IMG/VR virus record: IMGVR_UViG_3300017788_000011
Coordinates: 1-64,000 of that record
Source of the DNA: a virus
Length of the DNA: 64,000 nucleotides
Direction: 5' to 3' (one strand)
The position numbers and the translations under genes were made by a program. Of the stretch, positions 17,959-27,138 are shown in pieces. Position 1 is the first letter of the stretch; each line of letters starts with the position of its first letter. Under the pieces are notes generated by a model. It was not told where the DNA came from, did not search any database, and worked only from the letters and a program-made list of their open reading frames with translations.

Positions 17959-18224
17959 CATTGCCGGATGAAAGGTACCGTGCAGTTAAGATGGCTGAAC
18001 AGTTATTGAAAGATCTCTGTGATTCATCTGTAACTCCGAGAATTCCTAAAATTATTAGACAACGTGCCTCTGGCTGTCTTAGACATTATCCTTCTACTTG
18101 GGATCTTCAACGTGCTTCACAGGCAGCACCTGATGTATTCCAAGAACGTATGGAACCAGTGACACGTTTATTCAAACAGTATGAGGAGCAAAAGAATGTA
18201 CGAGAATCGAATAGCACACCTTGA
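17955..18224 (+). CDS. hypothetical phage protein
   Basis: MTLPDERYRAV...LRHYP; ATGA overlap. Confidence 0.7.
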   Translation: MTLPDERYRAVKMAEQLLKDLCDSSVTPRIPKIIRQRASGCLRHYPSTWDLQRASQAAPDVFQERMEPVTRLFKQYEEQKNVRESNSTP

Positions 18225-18405
18225 AGAAGCACACCGAGCGTTAGACAAACAAATTGAAACATTAGAAAAAAACGGTAAGTTCGACGATAATCAACTTCAC
18301 AGTTTAAAAAAGAAAAAATTACAGTTAAAAGATGAAATTGCCAATCTCAAGAAAAAGCAATGGGAACATGACCACGAAAGCGTAGACTTTGATGACGACC
18401 GATAA
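18196..18405 (+). CDS. DUF465/YdcH-like coiled-coil protein
   Basis: LEEAHRALDKQI...LKKKKLQLKDEI; RBS GAGGAG. Confidence 0.7.
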   Translation: MYENRIAHLEEAHRALDKQIETLEKNGKFDDNQLHSLKKKKLQLKDEIANLKKKQWEHDHESVDFDDDR

Positions 18406-18598
18406 TATAATTTTGCACAGAGCCAACATCGAAAGAATTACAGATGTTTTGAAAAAATTTCCTGATGTTGAAATATTCGAACTTGAGCAACAAGGCGGTA
18501 ACGGAATTGGTACTGTGCTAACAATGACATTTAAAGAAAACATTAACAATCTGCAAGGAAGTTTTACTGTGGAAATTTCAGGCGTTGAAAGTTGGTAA
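18389..18598 (+). CDS. hypothetical protein
   Basis: 69 aa; GNGIG, VEISGVESW. Confidence 0.65.
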   Translation: MMTTDNIILHRANIERITDVLKKFPDVEIFELEQQGGNGIGTVLTMTFKENINNLQGSFTVEISGVESW

Positions 18599-18699
18599 TG
18601 GAAAAATTATATCGTATTACTCCGTTGGAAAAGAAATCAGTTGAATATTTTGTCGATGTTATTGAAGAAAATGTGGAGACTTATGACGATGAAGCGTGA
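18598..18699 (+). CDS. 33-aa small ORF MEKLYRITPLEKKSVEYFVDVIEENVETYDDEA (possible remnant)
   Basis: TAATG coupling to upstream gene; overlaps the next start. Confidence 0.5.
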   Translation: MEKLYRITPLEKKSVEYFVDVIEENVETYDDEA

Positions 18700-19231
18700 T
18701 TATACACAAGGTGTTGCTGATAGCATTACATTCTTTATTGGCGATGAAGTTGAACACACACCTGCCCACGGCATGAAGACACTGTTTGTCACTGGTGTAC
18801 AACCAACCGATGCTATTGACAGTATTTTGAACGATCAAAATTCTTACACAGACAAAAGCAAACACATTCGTCATATTTTCTTTGGTGCTAATCATAGTTT
18901 TAATCCCCATGGTTACGAAGAACACAAATTATGGGAAGATATGATCACGTATTTTTTAGAAAAAGATTATCTCTGTTCTTTAGATATTCCTCTCAATCAA
19001 GTGGAAGAATTCAATGACGGCGGATTAAATGAACACGATAATTTTATTCCGCAGATTCGTGTGCCGATTCCGTATATTAAATTATGGAATTATAATACAA
19101 TGCTTAAAATTGATGACCGAGATTTTAAAGCCACTAACCCAGGTGTATGGAGTCATAGCCTACACACACTAATGGACCGTTCAAAATTTACAGATTGGTC
19201 TCTGTACAAAAATGATGAGATTATCAAATGA
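18689..19231 (+). CDS. conserved phage hypothetical protein in the modification cluster
   Basis: GDEVEHTPAHGMKTLFV, HIFFGANHSF, KIDDRDFKATNPGVW; start may be 18683. Confidence 0.7.
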   Translation: MKRDYTQGVADSITFFIGDEVEHTPAHGMKTLFVTGVQPTDAIDSILNDQNSYTDKSKHIRHIFFGANHSFNPHGYEEHKLWEDMITYFLEKDYLCSLDIPLNQVEEFNDGGLNEHDNFIPQIRVPIPYIKLWNYNTMLKIDDRDFKATNPGVWSHSLHTLMDRSKFTDWSLYKNDEIIK

Positions 19232-19608
19232 TTATTAAACAAGACATTCGGCCACGCAGAGAAACTTTTATCAAAATTCGTACAGAATTCGAAGGGTTTC
19301 ATTTCTATCCCAATGCCGGAACAATCGATCCACGTATTAAGTTTCTTGAAAATGAGCATCGCCACATGTTCAAAGTAGAAGTTAAAATTTCAGTTACACA
19401 CCTTGATCGTGAATTGGAGTTTTTTCTGGTGAAATGGGCCTTGCAAGATTTTATTAAATCAGGTAAAATGAATCACAAGAGTTGCGAGATGATCGCAACA
19501 GATATCTTGGAACAGCATCTCCTACCTAAATACGGTGAGAGATACTACCAGATCGTTGTCTCGGAGGATGGGGAATCCGATGGCATCGTTGAATACTTCC
19601 CCGGTTAA
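19228..19608 (+). CDS. QueD-like T-fold protein with LxxxHRHxF motif (DpdL-like)
   Basis: EGFHFY, LENEHRHMF, SCEMIA, VSEDGE; lacks the CxxxHGH motif of canonical QueD. Confidence 0.7.
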   Translation: MIIKQDIRPRRETFIKIRTEFEGFHFYPNAGTIDPRIKFLENEHRHMFKVEVKISVTHLDRELEFFLVKWALQDFIKSGKMNHKSCEMIATDILEQHLLPKYGERYYQIVVSEDGESDGIVEYFPG

Positions 19609-19634
19609 CTTTATTTTAAGGAAATAAAAATAAA

Positions 19635-19883
19635 ATGGCTCGTAATTACAACGACTACAAATACTTCGAAAACCGTCCCGACGTTGTAAAAGTTTGGAAC
19701 GACCTTGAGGCGTATCTCGATTGGTGTAGATTCGAACTTCGAGATTTTAACCCTGCGGAACTTTATCGCAAGGATGCACCTAATTACGGTGCATACTTGG
19801 CCAGTAAGCGTCCGCGAAACAGTAACTATCGTGGAAATAAACCACGTTGGAACAACAACAATGGCTCATTTAGACAACGGTAA
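19635..19883 (+). CDS. hypothetical protein
   Basis: RBS AAGGA; DLEAYLDWCRFE; Asn/Arg-rich tail. Confidence 0.7.
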   Translation: MARNYNDYKYFENRPDVVKVWNDLEAYLDWCRFELRDFNPAELYRKDAPNYGAYLASKRPRNSNYRGNKPRWNNNNGSFRQR

Positions 19884-20994
19884 ACCAACGGTTTATGTTG
19901 TTGACCTCGAGGCAGTAGAAACACGATATACTGCCCAATGGAAAACTCATTTACCTGAGACTCTAAAAGAAAGGGGCATCAATGTTCAAGTTATCAGCGG
20001 CCCTGAAGATATTCCTCGTGCCACTACTCCTGGCGCCTTTCTTAATTTTGGTGGCACTAATATCTATAAGTCTCGCCAAGTTGAAAGTATTAGCCGTTTA
20101 TTTTGCTCCGGAGCAGTTAGCCCTGGTGATCATTTTTTGTTTACTGACGCTTGGCATCCTGGTATTATAAATTTAAAATACATGAGTGAACTGTTACAGA
20201 TTCCTGTGACAATTCACGCACTGTGGCATGCTGGTTCGTATGATCCTCAAGATTTTCTTGGTAGATTGATCGGGGCAGCCACTTGGGTCAGAGATGCTGA
20301 AAAAAGTTTCTTTGGTGCCATCGATCATAACTATTTTGCCACAGACTTTCATATCGATATGTTTGCTGTTAATCTTCTTGGCTATGACAGAAACATTAAC
20401 AATTTTGCTGGCACTGGCAAAAAAGACACTTATTCCCACACTCTCAGTAAAAAGATCATTCGATCTGGCTGGCCTATGGAATATCTTGAGAATACACTGG
20501 CACCTTACAAAGGCATGACTAAACGTGACCTCATTCTATTCCCCCATCGTATTGCTCCAGAAAAACAAGTTGATATTTTTCGAGATTTAAAAGAACATTT
20601 ACCTCAATATGAATTTGTTGTTTGTCAAGATCAAGAACTATCAAAAAACGAATATCACAATCTGTTGGGAGAAAGTAAATTGGTGTTCTCAGCAAATCTT
20701 CAAGAAACATTAGGCATCTCTTGTTACGAAGGTGCGTTGGTAGATGCTATTCCTATGGTTCCTGATCGACTTAGTTACAAAGAAATGTATTTCGATACCT
20801 TTAAATATCCATCACAGTGGACTGAGAGTTTTGAAACATATACAGTGTATCGACAAGATTTATGTAAAAAAATTATCGAACATATGGAATTTTACGAAAC
20901 ACGATTGTCTGTGTTGAAAAAACAAACACAGAGTCTTTCGGAGAATTTTTTCAACGGTGGAATTCTCTATGAGCAATTTAAACAACGAAAATAA
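19861..20994 (+). CDS. GT-B fold glycosyltransferase (GT4-like)
   Basis: WHAGSYD, FPHRIAPEKQ, QETLGISCYEG, PDRLSYKEMY (ExxGxxxxE-type motif). Confidence 0.78.
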   Translation: MAHLDNGKPTVYVVDLEAVETRYTAQWKTHLPETLKERGINVQVISGPEDIPRATTPGAFLNFGGTNIYKSRQVESISRLFCSGAVSPGDHFLFTDAWHPGIINLKYMSELLQIPVTIHALWHAGSYDPQDFLGRLIGAATWVRDAEKSFFGAIDHNYFATDFHIDMFAVNLLGYDRNINNFAGTGKKDTYSHTLSKKIIRSGWPMEYLENTLAPYKGMTKRDLILFPHRIAPEKQVDIFRDLKEHLPQYEFVVCQDQELSKNEYHNLLGESKLVFSANLQETLGISCYEGALVDAIPMVPDRLSYKEMYFDTFKYPSQWTESFETYTVYRQDLCKKIIEHMEFYETRLSVLKKQTQSLSENFFNGGILYEQFKQRK

Positions 20995-21349
20995 TATTAC
21001 TATAGGTAACATAGAAAGTTACGACACTGTTAGCATTACCGGAGATACCATAGTTCTCAACATTTCGAATTGTGGTGCGGCCCAGTCAGTTTATACTATG
21101 AGCGATACTATAAACGTCAGTGGTATATCTGTATCTACTTTAGATAATCTCACCATTGGAAACATTAGTACTGATTCATTTAACTGGGCATTTACTACTA
21201 CACCGTTCGAAGATGGATTTCCTGAATGGGCTGATTTCAAAGACATGTGTAAGGAATATCCAGGTCTTCAAATAACATTTGAAAAAATGAAAGAGTTTTA
21301 TAATCTCTGTAAAAGCGATTGGGAAGGTAAAAAGAGAAGTGAGGAATGA
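20969..21349 (+). CDS. hypothetical protein
   Basis: Thr/Ile/Ser-rich N-half; C-terminal MCKEYPGL. Confidence 0.6.
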   Translation: MSNLNNENNITIGNIESYDTVSITGDTIVLNISNCGAAQSVYTMSDTINVSGISVSTLDNLTIGNISTDSFNWAFTTTPFEDGFPEWADFKDMCKEYPGLQITFEKMKEFYNLCKSDWEGKKRSEE

Positions 21350-21428
21350 AATCTTTTTCAAACAAAATTATGCAGTAGAACCCACAGACAAAGAACTAAA
21401 ACGCTACTTAGCAGAGGAAGTCTTATAA
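21339..21428 (+). CDS. possible 29-aa small ORF
   Basis: GTG start; its TAA overlaps ATG 21428 (TAATG); fills an apparent gap. Confidence 0.3.
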   Translation: MRNEIFFKQNYAVEPTDKELKRYLAEEVL

Positions 21429-21673
21429 TGATAGAATTAGCAACGATTTTTATCCCGATAGCGATAGTCTGCAGAAATCTCCGGGCAGAAAGTTGCGAAC
21501 TGATACAATATGAAGGATATTTTTCTACACAACAACAGTGTTTTGACACGATAAACAGCACACTCAAATCTAAACTCACTCCCGGCGATCGTAGTCGTAT
21601 ACATGTTGATGCCTGGTGCATAGACTTAAAGATCGAAAGGGTAGATAAAAAATATCTTCCTAAACCTATTTGA
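21428..21673 (+). CDS. hypothetical Cys-containing protein
   Basis: 81 aa, hydrophobic N-terminus, four Cys. Confidence 0.55.
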   Translation: MIELATIFIPIAIVCRNLRAESCELIQYEGYFSTQQQCFDTINSTLKSKLTPGDRSRIHVDAWCIDLKIERVDKKYLPKPI

Positions 21674-21900
21674 TAGAAACCAAGATGAACATAAACGATA
21701 TGCTAAAACATCAGATGGAAACTGCCTCGATGCTGTACATGGTGTTGAAAGATGGTGATATGGAAACACTGTATCGATATCCTCATAAAGACGCAGATCA
21801 AGTTATGCTGATGCTTAAAGATTATCGATACGTAGATACTCGCATTGGAATACCGCGATTTGAAAAGAAAGCGAAGAAAAATGTTGCTAAGACTGCTTGA
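21670..21900 (+). CDS. hypothetical protein
   Basis: 76 aa, packed in operon. Confidence 0.55.
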   Translation: MIETKMNINDMLKHQMETASMLYMVLKDGDMETLYRYPHKDADQVMLMLKDYRYVDTRIGIPRFEKKAKKNVAKTA

Positions 21901-22372
21901 ACGATTAGGTCGTAAACGAATTATTATGGATCGACAAAGTGACGAGCCTTATCTCGAGCGTTACTATCTTTTTCTCAAAGAAAGAAATCGATTCCCTTTC
22001 AACGTATTTTTGCACAAATTTTTAAAAGGCGATCCAGACGATGTTCACGATCATCCTTGGCCCTACGCTACATTAATTTTACAAGGTGGTTATTATGAAT
22101 GGGTTCCTCAGTTTAACGAACAAGGCGTCAAGACCTATGAAGTTAGACACTGGCGTGGTCCCGGTCATTTTCGTATTTGCCATCCTAATAGTTACCATCG
22201 TATCGAATTAAAAGAAGGTGTGACTGCATGGACTCTGTTTATGCCAGGACCACACAAACGAGAATGGGGTTTTCTCGTTAATAATAAATGGATTAAACAC
22301 GATGAGTATCTCCAACACAAATATAACGAATATCGCCTCAGCAGACCAAGTATAAAACTTGGGAAACATTAA
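21881..22372 (+). CDS. cupin-fold phage protein
   Basis: LHKFLKGDPDDVHDHPW...GGYYE...HRIEL...WTLF. Confidence 0.65.
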   Translation: MLLRLLERLGRKRIIMDRQSDEPYLERYYLFLKERNRFPFNVFLHKFLKGDPDDVHDHPWPYATLILQGGYYEWVPQFNEQGVKTYEVRHWRGPGHFRICHPNSYHRIELKEGVTAWTLFMPGPHKREWGFLVNNKWIKHDEYLQHKYNEYRLSRPSIKLGKH

Positions 22373-22382
22373 AGGAATCTAA

Positions 22383-23057
22383 ATGAATGTTCGTCTACTA
22401 TCCTACTCCCAGCCAACAAGCGAATTTGCAGATTTGGGCATCGCAGATGCGCAGGAACTTATCGCGTATTGTGCCCGTGTGTCAAATCCTTCGAACCAAT
22501 TTAATACAGAGACAAGCGAAAAACTCATCAGATACTTGGTCAAACACAAACACTGGAGTCCTTTGGAAATGGTCTCAGCCTGTATCGAAATTACCACAAC
22601 CAGAGATATCGCAAGACAAATCTTGCGACATAGAAGTTTCTCATTCCAAGAGTTCAGTCAGCGATATGCTGACCCTACTAAAGATCTCTCGTTTGTACTG
22701 CGAGAAGCACGACTTCAAGATCCAAAAAATAGACAGAACAGTGTCGAAACAGATGATCAACGTCTACAGAGAGAATGGGAACTTAGACAAAACAATGTCA
22801 TCTCAGAAGTCAGAATGGCCTACCAGTGGGCTATCGATAATGGCATAGCCAAAGAACAAGCTCGTGCTGTGCTGCCAGAAGGTCTAATTGAAAGCAGAGT
22901 CTATATGAATGGTACACTACGGTCTTGGGTTCATTTTATTGAACTACGTTCAGGAAACGGTACTCAAAAAGAGCACCAAGAAGTTGCCAAGGCTTGCGCT
23001 GAAGTGATTGCCAAAGTGTTCCCGATGGTTGCAGATTTTGTTGACAACGGCGAATAA
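22383..23057 (+). CDS. thyX: flavin-dependent thymidylate synthase
   Basis: HWSPLE, RQILRHRSFSFQEFSQRY ThyX motif, ARAVLP. Confidence 0.96.
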   Translation: MNVRLLSYSQPTSEFADLGIADAQELIAYCARVSNPSNQFNTETSEKLIRYLVKHKHWSPLEMVSACIEITTTRDIARQILRHRSFSFQEFSQRYADPTKDLSFVLREARLQDPKNRQNSVETDDQRLQREWELRQNNVISEVRMAYQWAIDNGIAKEQARAVLPEGLIESRVYMNGTLRSWVHFIELRSGNGTQKEHQEVAKACAEVIAKVFPMVADFVDNGE

Positions 23058-23069
23058 AGACACTATAAT
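23041..23069 (+). promoter_or_regulatory. sigma70 consensus promoter
   Basis: TTGACA-17 nt-TATAAT. Confidence 0.85.
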
Positions 23070-23088
23070 ATCATTTTAGGAAATAATA

Positions 23089-23931
23089 ATGGCACAACGT
23101 TATAATTATTGGTCATGCTCAAATTTTGCAGATCGGATCCGTGGCATCAAAAAAGGTGATGCTAAAACTGGTCGCGGTTGGAGGGAATGGGAACAAGAAG
23201 GCAAAGCCAAATATCCTATTCGTTTTTGGATTGCAGAAGAAGCATTAGATGCCATCCAGAATTTTATCTGGTGGCCATTGGATAAAATTTATGACATCAA
23301 GTATTATATTAATAATCGCTGGGTTAGCCGTACTCATTCCCTTACTGCTGACCCTAAAGACATTAGACCCGGTCAGTGGTGTGATGTTGGCAATCGTTTC
23401 CTGCCTTGTCTTTTTAATGAACTTGTTGATTTTGTCGAAATCGAATTAGCATGGTGGCACATTGCCTGGGCAGACAAAGATGAAAAGAAAAAATATGAAG
23501 CACCTTTCTGGGCCAGTGGTTGGTTCCGTTGGCGTACATGGCGATGTCCGCAAGCCGGTCTCGATAACCTCGATTGGCAAAGCAAACTTCGCCACACAGT
23601 AAACGATGGTTGGGCTGAAGATGATCCAAACCTTGGCGAACTTACACCGCAAGCAAAGAACGCATTGGAAATTTTAGCACTTTACAAGTGGTGGACTGAA
23701 GTGTATCGTAGTCGCCCAGACCCACACGATGCTGGCGGTTGGACTGCTTATTGCGATATGCGTAGAGCCAAAGGATATAATCTTTTAGACATGGACGATA
23801 AGACCCCAGAAGAAGCAAAGATGGCTAAAACTGCTCTCGATAAAACTCAAGAAATTGAGGAAGCATACAACAAAGAAGATGAAGAAATGATGATTCGTCT
23901 TATTAAAATTCGTCAATCACTGTGGACCTAA
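23089..23931 (+). CDS. Trp-rich conserved hypothetical phage protein
   Basis: 280 aa; LVDFVEIE, LYKWWTE, RLIKIRQSLWT. Confidence 0.75.
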   Translation: MAQRYNYWSCSNFADRIRGIKKGDAKTGRGWREWEQEGKAKYPIRFWIAEEALDAIQNFIWWPLDKIYDIKYYINNRWVSRTHSLTADPKDIRPGQWCDVGNRFLPCLFNELVDFVEIELAWWHIAWADKDEKKKYEAPFWASGWFRWRTWRCPQAGLDNLDWQSKLRHTVNDGWAEDDPNLGELTPQAKNALEILALYKWWTEVYRSRPDPHDAGGWTAYCDMRRAKGYNLLDMDDKTPEEAKMAKTALDKTQEIEEAYNKEDEEMMIRLIKIRQSLWT

Positions 23932-23932
23932 T

Positions 23933-24526
23933 ATGAAAAAAGTTTATTATAATTGGAATCATATAGAAGGAGCCTGTTTAGAGTTAGCCAAACAGATTAA
24001 TAATTCAGGATGGCGTCCTGACTATATTGTTGGCATCACCAGAGGTGGTGCCATTCCTGCTGTGTTGCTTAGTCAATACTTAGAAATTCCTATGAGACCG
24101 TTAGAAGTCAGTCTTAGAGACGGTGGTCAGGCCGTCAGCGATCTTGCCATGGCAGAAGATGCATTTGGCTATAATACCGAACGCTATGTCGAGGACGAAA
24201 ATGACGTAGGCGGTGTTTTAGAGGCTGCCAGTGACCTATTAGAACAAGGTGAAAGTTATAAAAATATTCTAATAGTAGACGATATCAACGACACAGGTGC
24301 TACGTTTAATTGGATCAAAAAAGACTGGCGCAGTGGTTGTCTGTCTAACGATCCAAGTTGGGACAACGATATTTGGCATTGTAACGTAAAGTTTGCTGTG
24401 ATAACCAATAACTTGGCCAGTAATGCTGACGTGGATTTTTATGCTTACGAAGTAAACAAGGCAGAAGAAGATTGCTGGCTTGTATATCCCTGGGAGGAAT
24501 TTTGGAAAAATGATAACAGATCTTGA
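23933..24526 (+). CDS. type I phosphoribosyltransferase (xanthine/guanine PRT-like)
   Basis: IVGITRGG, ILIVDDINDTGAT PRPP loop, WLVYPWE. Confidence 0.9.
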   Translation: MKKVYYNWNHIEGACLELAKQINNSGWRPDYIVGITRGGAIPAVLLSQYLEIPMRPLEVSLRDGGQAVSDLAMAEDAFGYNTERYVEDENDVGGVLEAASDLLEQGESYKNILIVDDINDTGATFNWIKKDWRSGCLSNDPSWDNDIWHCNVKFAVITNNLASNADVDFYAYEVNKAEEDCWLVYPWEEFWKNDNRS

Positions 24527-24893
24527 AAGGGCATTAAATGAAAAACAGGCGCCGTGGACCGAAATCGAATATCGAACCAAAGACTTTTGGGTCTTCAGAG
24601 ATGCCTATGCCGTTACGGAAGGACATCTGTTGTTTGTGCCAACCTTTGAAAAATTTGACAATGTCATGGAATGCTACCGAGCGGCCTATAAATTCGGTTA
24701 CGAGGGAGTCGTCTCGAAAAAATGGGATGCTTTTAACATCGGGCAAAACTGTGGCGAGGCTGCTGGCCAAACCGTGATGTATCCCCACATACATATGATC
24801 CCTCGTAGAAAAGGTGATATGGAAGATCCACGCGGTGGGGTTCGTCATGTTATACCAAGTAAAGGAAATTATAAAAATGCAAGTAAGAGCTAA
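24510..24893 (+). CDS. HIT family nucleotide hydrolase
   Basis: GHLLFVP, NCGEAAGQTVMYPHIHMIPR (first triad His replaced by Tyr). Confidence 0.88.
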   Translation: MITDLERALNEKQAPWTEIEYRTKDFWVFRDAYAVTEGHLLFVPTFEKFDNVMECYRAAYKFGYEGVVSKKWDAFNIGQNCGEAAGQTVMYPHIHMIPRRKGDMEDPRGGVRHVIPSKGNYKNASKS

Positions 24894-25074
24894 TCCAGAA
24901 GGAAAAATCGGAACCTGCGGCTGTGGTCGCTCTCCCACAGGAGATTGTATTGGCTGGCATGGATTGTCAGAAGACCTGTATCAAAAGAAAAAAACAGAAT
25001 GGGAATTAGCCGAATATAAGCGTCAAGCACAGGACTTATGGAATGATTCTTGCACATCAGGGAGATCAGAATGA
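24877..25074 (+). CDS. CDGSH-type iron-sulfur domain protein
   Basis: CGCGRSPTGDCIGWH (C-x-C...C-x-G-x-H). Confidence 0.75.
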   Translation: MQVRANPEGKIGTCGCGRSPTGDCIGWHGLSEDLYQKKKTEWELAEYKRQAQDLWNDSCTSGRSE

Positions 25075-25274
25075 GAAAAGAAATGATCAGTGTACTTAAA
25101 CAACATTTTGAAGCACATATTCAAAAACATAAAATGAACGTAGACATTATGTTAGCCAATCCAATGGCTATACATGATCATACTGATCTCATGGATGCCA
25201 TTGAAAAAGAAGTTGCACAGATTGCCGAGTATATGGATAAACTCGAAGTCATGGAAAAATATTTCAGTGAATGA
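25071..25274 (+). CDS. hypothetical protein
   Basis: 67 aa helical; NPMAIHDH. Confidence 0.65.
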   Translation: MRKEMISVLKQHFEAHIQKHKMNVDIMLANPMAIHDHTDLMDAIEKEVAQIAEYMDKLEVMEKYFSE

Positions 25275-25464
25275 AATTTGCGTTCACTGGAAACGAGGAG
25301 ACACTCTATCAAGTTGGAGTGATCTTTGTGCAAAAATTATAGAGCAGTTCGGTCTGCCAGGTGGCAGATATTCCACAGAAGTATGCGCAGAATTTATGAG
25401 TTTCAAATTTGAAAACGAAAAAGATGCTTTTCTTTGTAAAATATTGTTGAGTGAATCCTTATGA
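25267..25464 (+). CDS. hypothetical protein
   Basis: GTG start; EQFGLPGGRY. Confidence 0.55.
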   Translation: MNEICVHWKRGDTLSSWSDLCAKIIEQFGLPGGRYSTEVCAEFMSFKFENEKDAFLCKILLSESL

Positions 25465-25835
25465 ACGACCCGATTATAACTGTGATTTTTCTTTTAATCG
25501 GATTTGGTGTTAAACACTTCATCTGTGATTTTCTTTTACAGTTTAATTACATGGTAAAGGAAAAAGGCATCTATGGCGCATATGGAGGATTGCATCACGC
25601 AGGATTACATGGTTTCTTTACATTTGTAGTTTTACTGCCTTATGCACCTGGTATTGCACTTCATGCGGCATTTGTTGATTTTGTTCTACACTATCATATT
25701 GATTGGACTAAACAAAAACTCAACAAAGGACTGACTCCTGCAGATCGAAAATTTTGGATCTGGCTGGGTTTAGATCAGGCGCTACATTATCTAACTTACA
25801 TTGGTTTTATTTTATGGTGGTATTTGGCCAAATGA
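25461..25835 (+). CDS. DUF3307-like membrane protein
   Basis: KHFICDF, HAGLHG, HYHIDW, GLDQALH. Confidence 0.75.
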   Translation: MNDPIITVIFLLIGFGVKHFICDFLLQFNYMVKEKGIYGAYGGLHHAGLHGFFTFVVLLPYAPGIALHAAFVDFVLHYHIDWTKQKLNKGLTPADRKFWIWLGLDQALHYLTYIGFILWWYLAK

Positions 25836-26032
25836 AACATCTCAGTATCGCTGTCATTATTTCATTGATTGCAATCTTGGTATTGATTTTCAGCGACTTT
25901 GGTAAAGGAAATGTCATAGTCTATGACTGCGGTATGGCAGAATGGCATCCAGATATTCCTATACAAGCCAAGGAAGAATGTCGTAAACTACGTCGAGAAC
26001 AATTAAAAAATGAAAAAGGAATTACGACGTGA
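25832..26032 (+). CDS. small membrane-anchored protein
   Basis: N-terminal TM; YDCGMAEWHPDIP..C. Confidence 0.6.
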   Translation: MKHLSIAVIISLIAILVLIFSDFGKGNVIVYDCGMAEWHPDIPIQAKEECRKLRREQLKNEKGITT

Positions 26033-26301
26033 TCGATTTAAATTTTCGTATATCTAATCCCTGGTCTACCAGATTTAGAAATATCTGCATTAAATCTGGA
26101 CCTGGTTTTATCAAAAACAAATATTGGGAATTCAATATTCATAAAAGTTCCGATATTATTAGTGTTTCTGTCAGCATAACTACCAAACGCGATCATTCGG
26201 GGGTTTATCTATCTGCTGGGTTATTTGGATATAACGTAGAATTCAATTTTTATGATACCAGACATTGGGATTATAAAAGAAATCGATGGCATTACTATTG
26301 A
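26029..26301 (+). CDS. hypothetical protein
   Basis: 90 aa; FYDTRHW. Confidence 0.6.
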   Translation: MIDLNFRISNPWSTRFRNICIKSGPGFIKNKYWEFNIHKSSDIISVSVSITTKRDHSGVYLSAGLFGYNVEFNFYDTRHWDYKRNRWHYY

Positions 26302-26326
26302 CATTTGCCTAAATAACCTTTATAAT
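26298..26326 (+). promoter_or_regulatory. sigma70 consensus promoter
   Basis: TTGACA-17 nt-TATAAT upstream of folE. Confidence 0.85.
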
Positions 26327-26363
26327 ATACAGACATTCACGTCTATAACTCGGAGAAATAATA

Positions 26364-27128
26364 ATGGTAGTGAAGTTCAATGAATATGCAGGAAAGAAAG
26401 AAACCGCCGTGGACGCGATGGCAGACAAAGGCTACGAAGAAGCGTACCTTGCAGATGTAATTCGCTTTAAAATGAAACGTGATAATAAGCGTTTTTGGGC
26501 CGGTGACAACATCAGTGATTATGTCACTGAGGAAATGAAACATAAACTAATCGACGAAGCAACAGAAGCATTTGAATTAGTTCTTGATCGATTGCTGATT
26601 GACAGAGAAACCGATCCTAATAGTCAAGGCACAGCACGTAGATTGGCTAAGATGTACTTTAACGAGATAATGAGTGGTAGATATGAACAAGCCCCAGATT
26701 GCACAGCGTTCCCAAATGATTCGGAGGACCGTTACGAAGGTATGTTGGTTGTTCGCAGTGAGCTTCGCAGTATGTGTAGCCATCATCACCAACCCGTTAG
26801 TGGCGTTGCTTATATTGGTATTATTGCGGCTTCCAAGCTCATTGGCCTCTCAAAGTACACCCGTATCGCACAGTGGTGCGCCAGACGTGGTACTCTCCAG
26901 GAGGAACTTGCTAATGATATTGCTCGCGAGATCGCCAAGGCCACAGGAGCCCAAGATGTAGGTGTATACATTCAAGCGGTTCATGGCTGTTGCGAAAATA
27001 GGGGCATTATGGCTCACTCCAGTCTCACACAGACCACAGTATTAAAAGGTTCGTTCAAAGATGACGCAGGTACAAAGAAAGAGTTCTTTGATAACATCAA
27101 ACTGCAACAAGATTTCGCCCCACGATAA
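26364..27128 (+). CDS. folE: GTP cyclohydrolase I
   Basis: TARRLAKMY, SMCSHHHQP, IGLSKY, LQEEL, HGCCENRG. Confidence 0.95.
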   Translation: MVVKFNEYAGKKETAVDAMADKGYEEAYLADVIRFKMKRDNKRFWAGDNISDYVTEEMKHKLIDEATEAFELVLDRLLIDRETDPNSQGTARRLAKMYFNEIMSGRYEQAPDCTAFPNDSEDRYEGMLVVRSELRSMCSHHHQPVSGVAYIGIIAASKLIGLSKYTRIAQWCARRGTLQEELANDIAREIAKATGAQDVGVYIQAVHGCCENRGIMAHSSLTQTTVLKGSFKDDAGTKKEFFDNIKLQQDFAPR

Positions 27129-27138
27129 GGAGATTAAC

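Noticed and set aside
19228-19608. Canonical queD gene symbol
   Set aside because: Lacks the catalytic CxxxHGH motif; left as QueD-fold/DpdL-like
19705-19860. N-terminal extension of the glycosyltransferase from a TTG start
   Set aside because: Overlaps the 19635-19883 gene, which has a good RBS; ATG 19861 is more plausible. Similar over-extended starts were trimmed at 1403, 4622, 11975, 14604 and 36964
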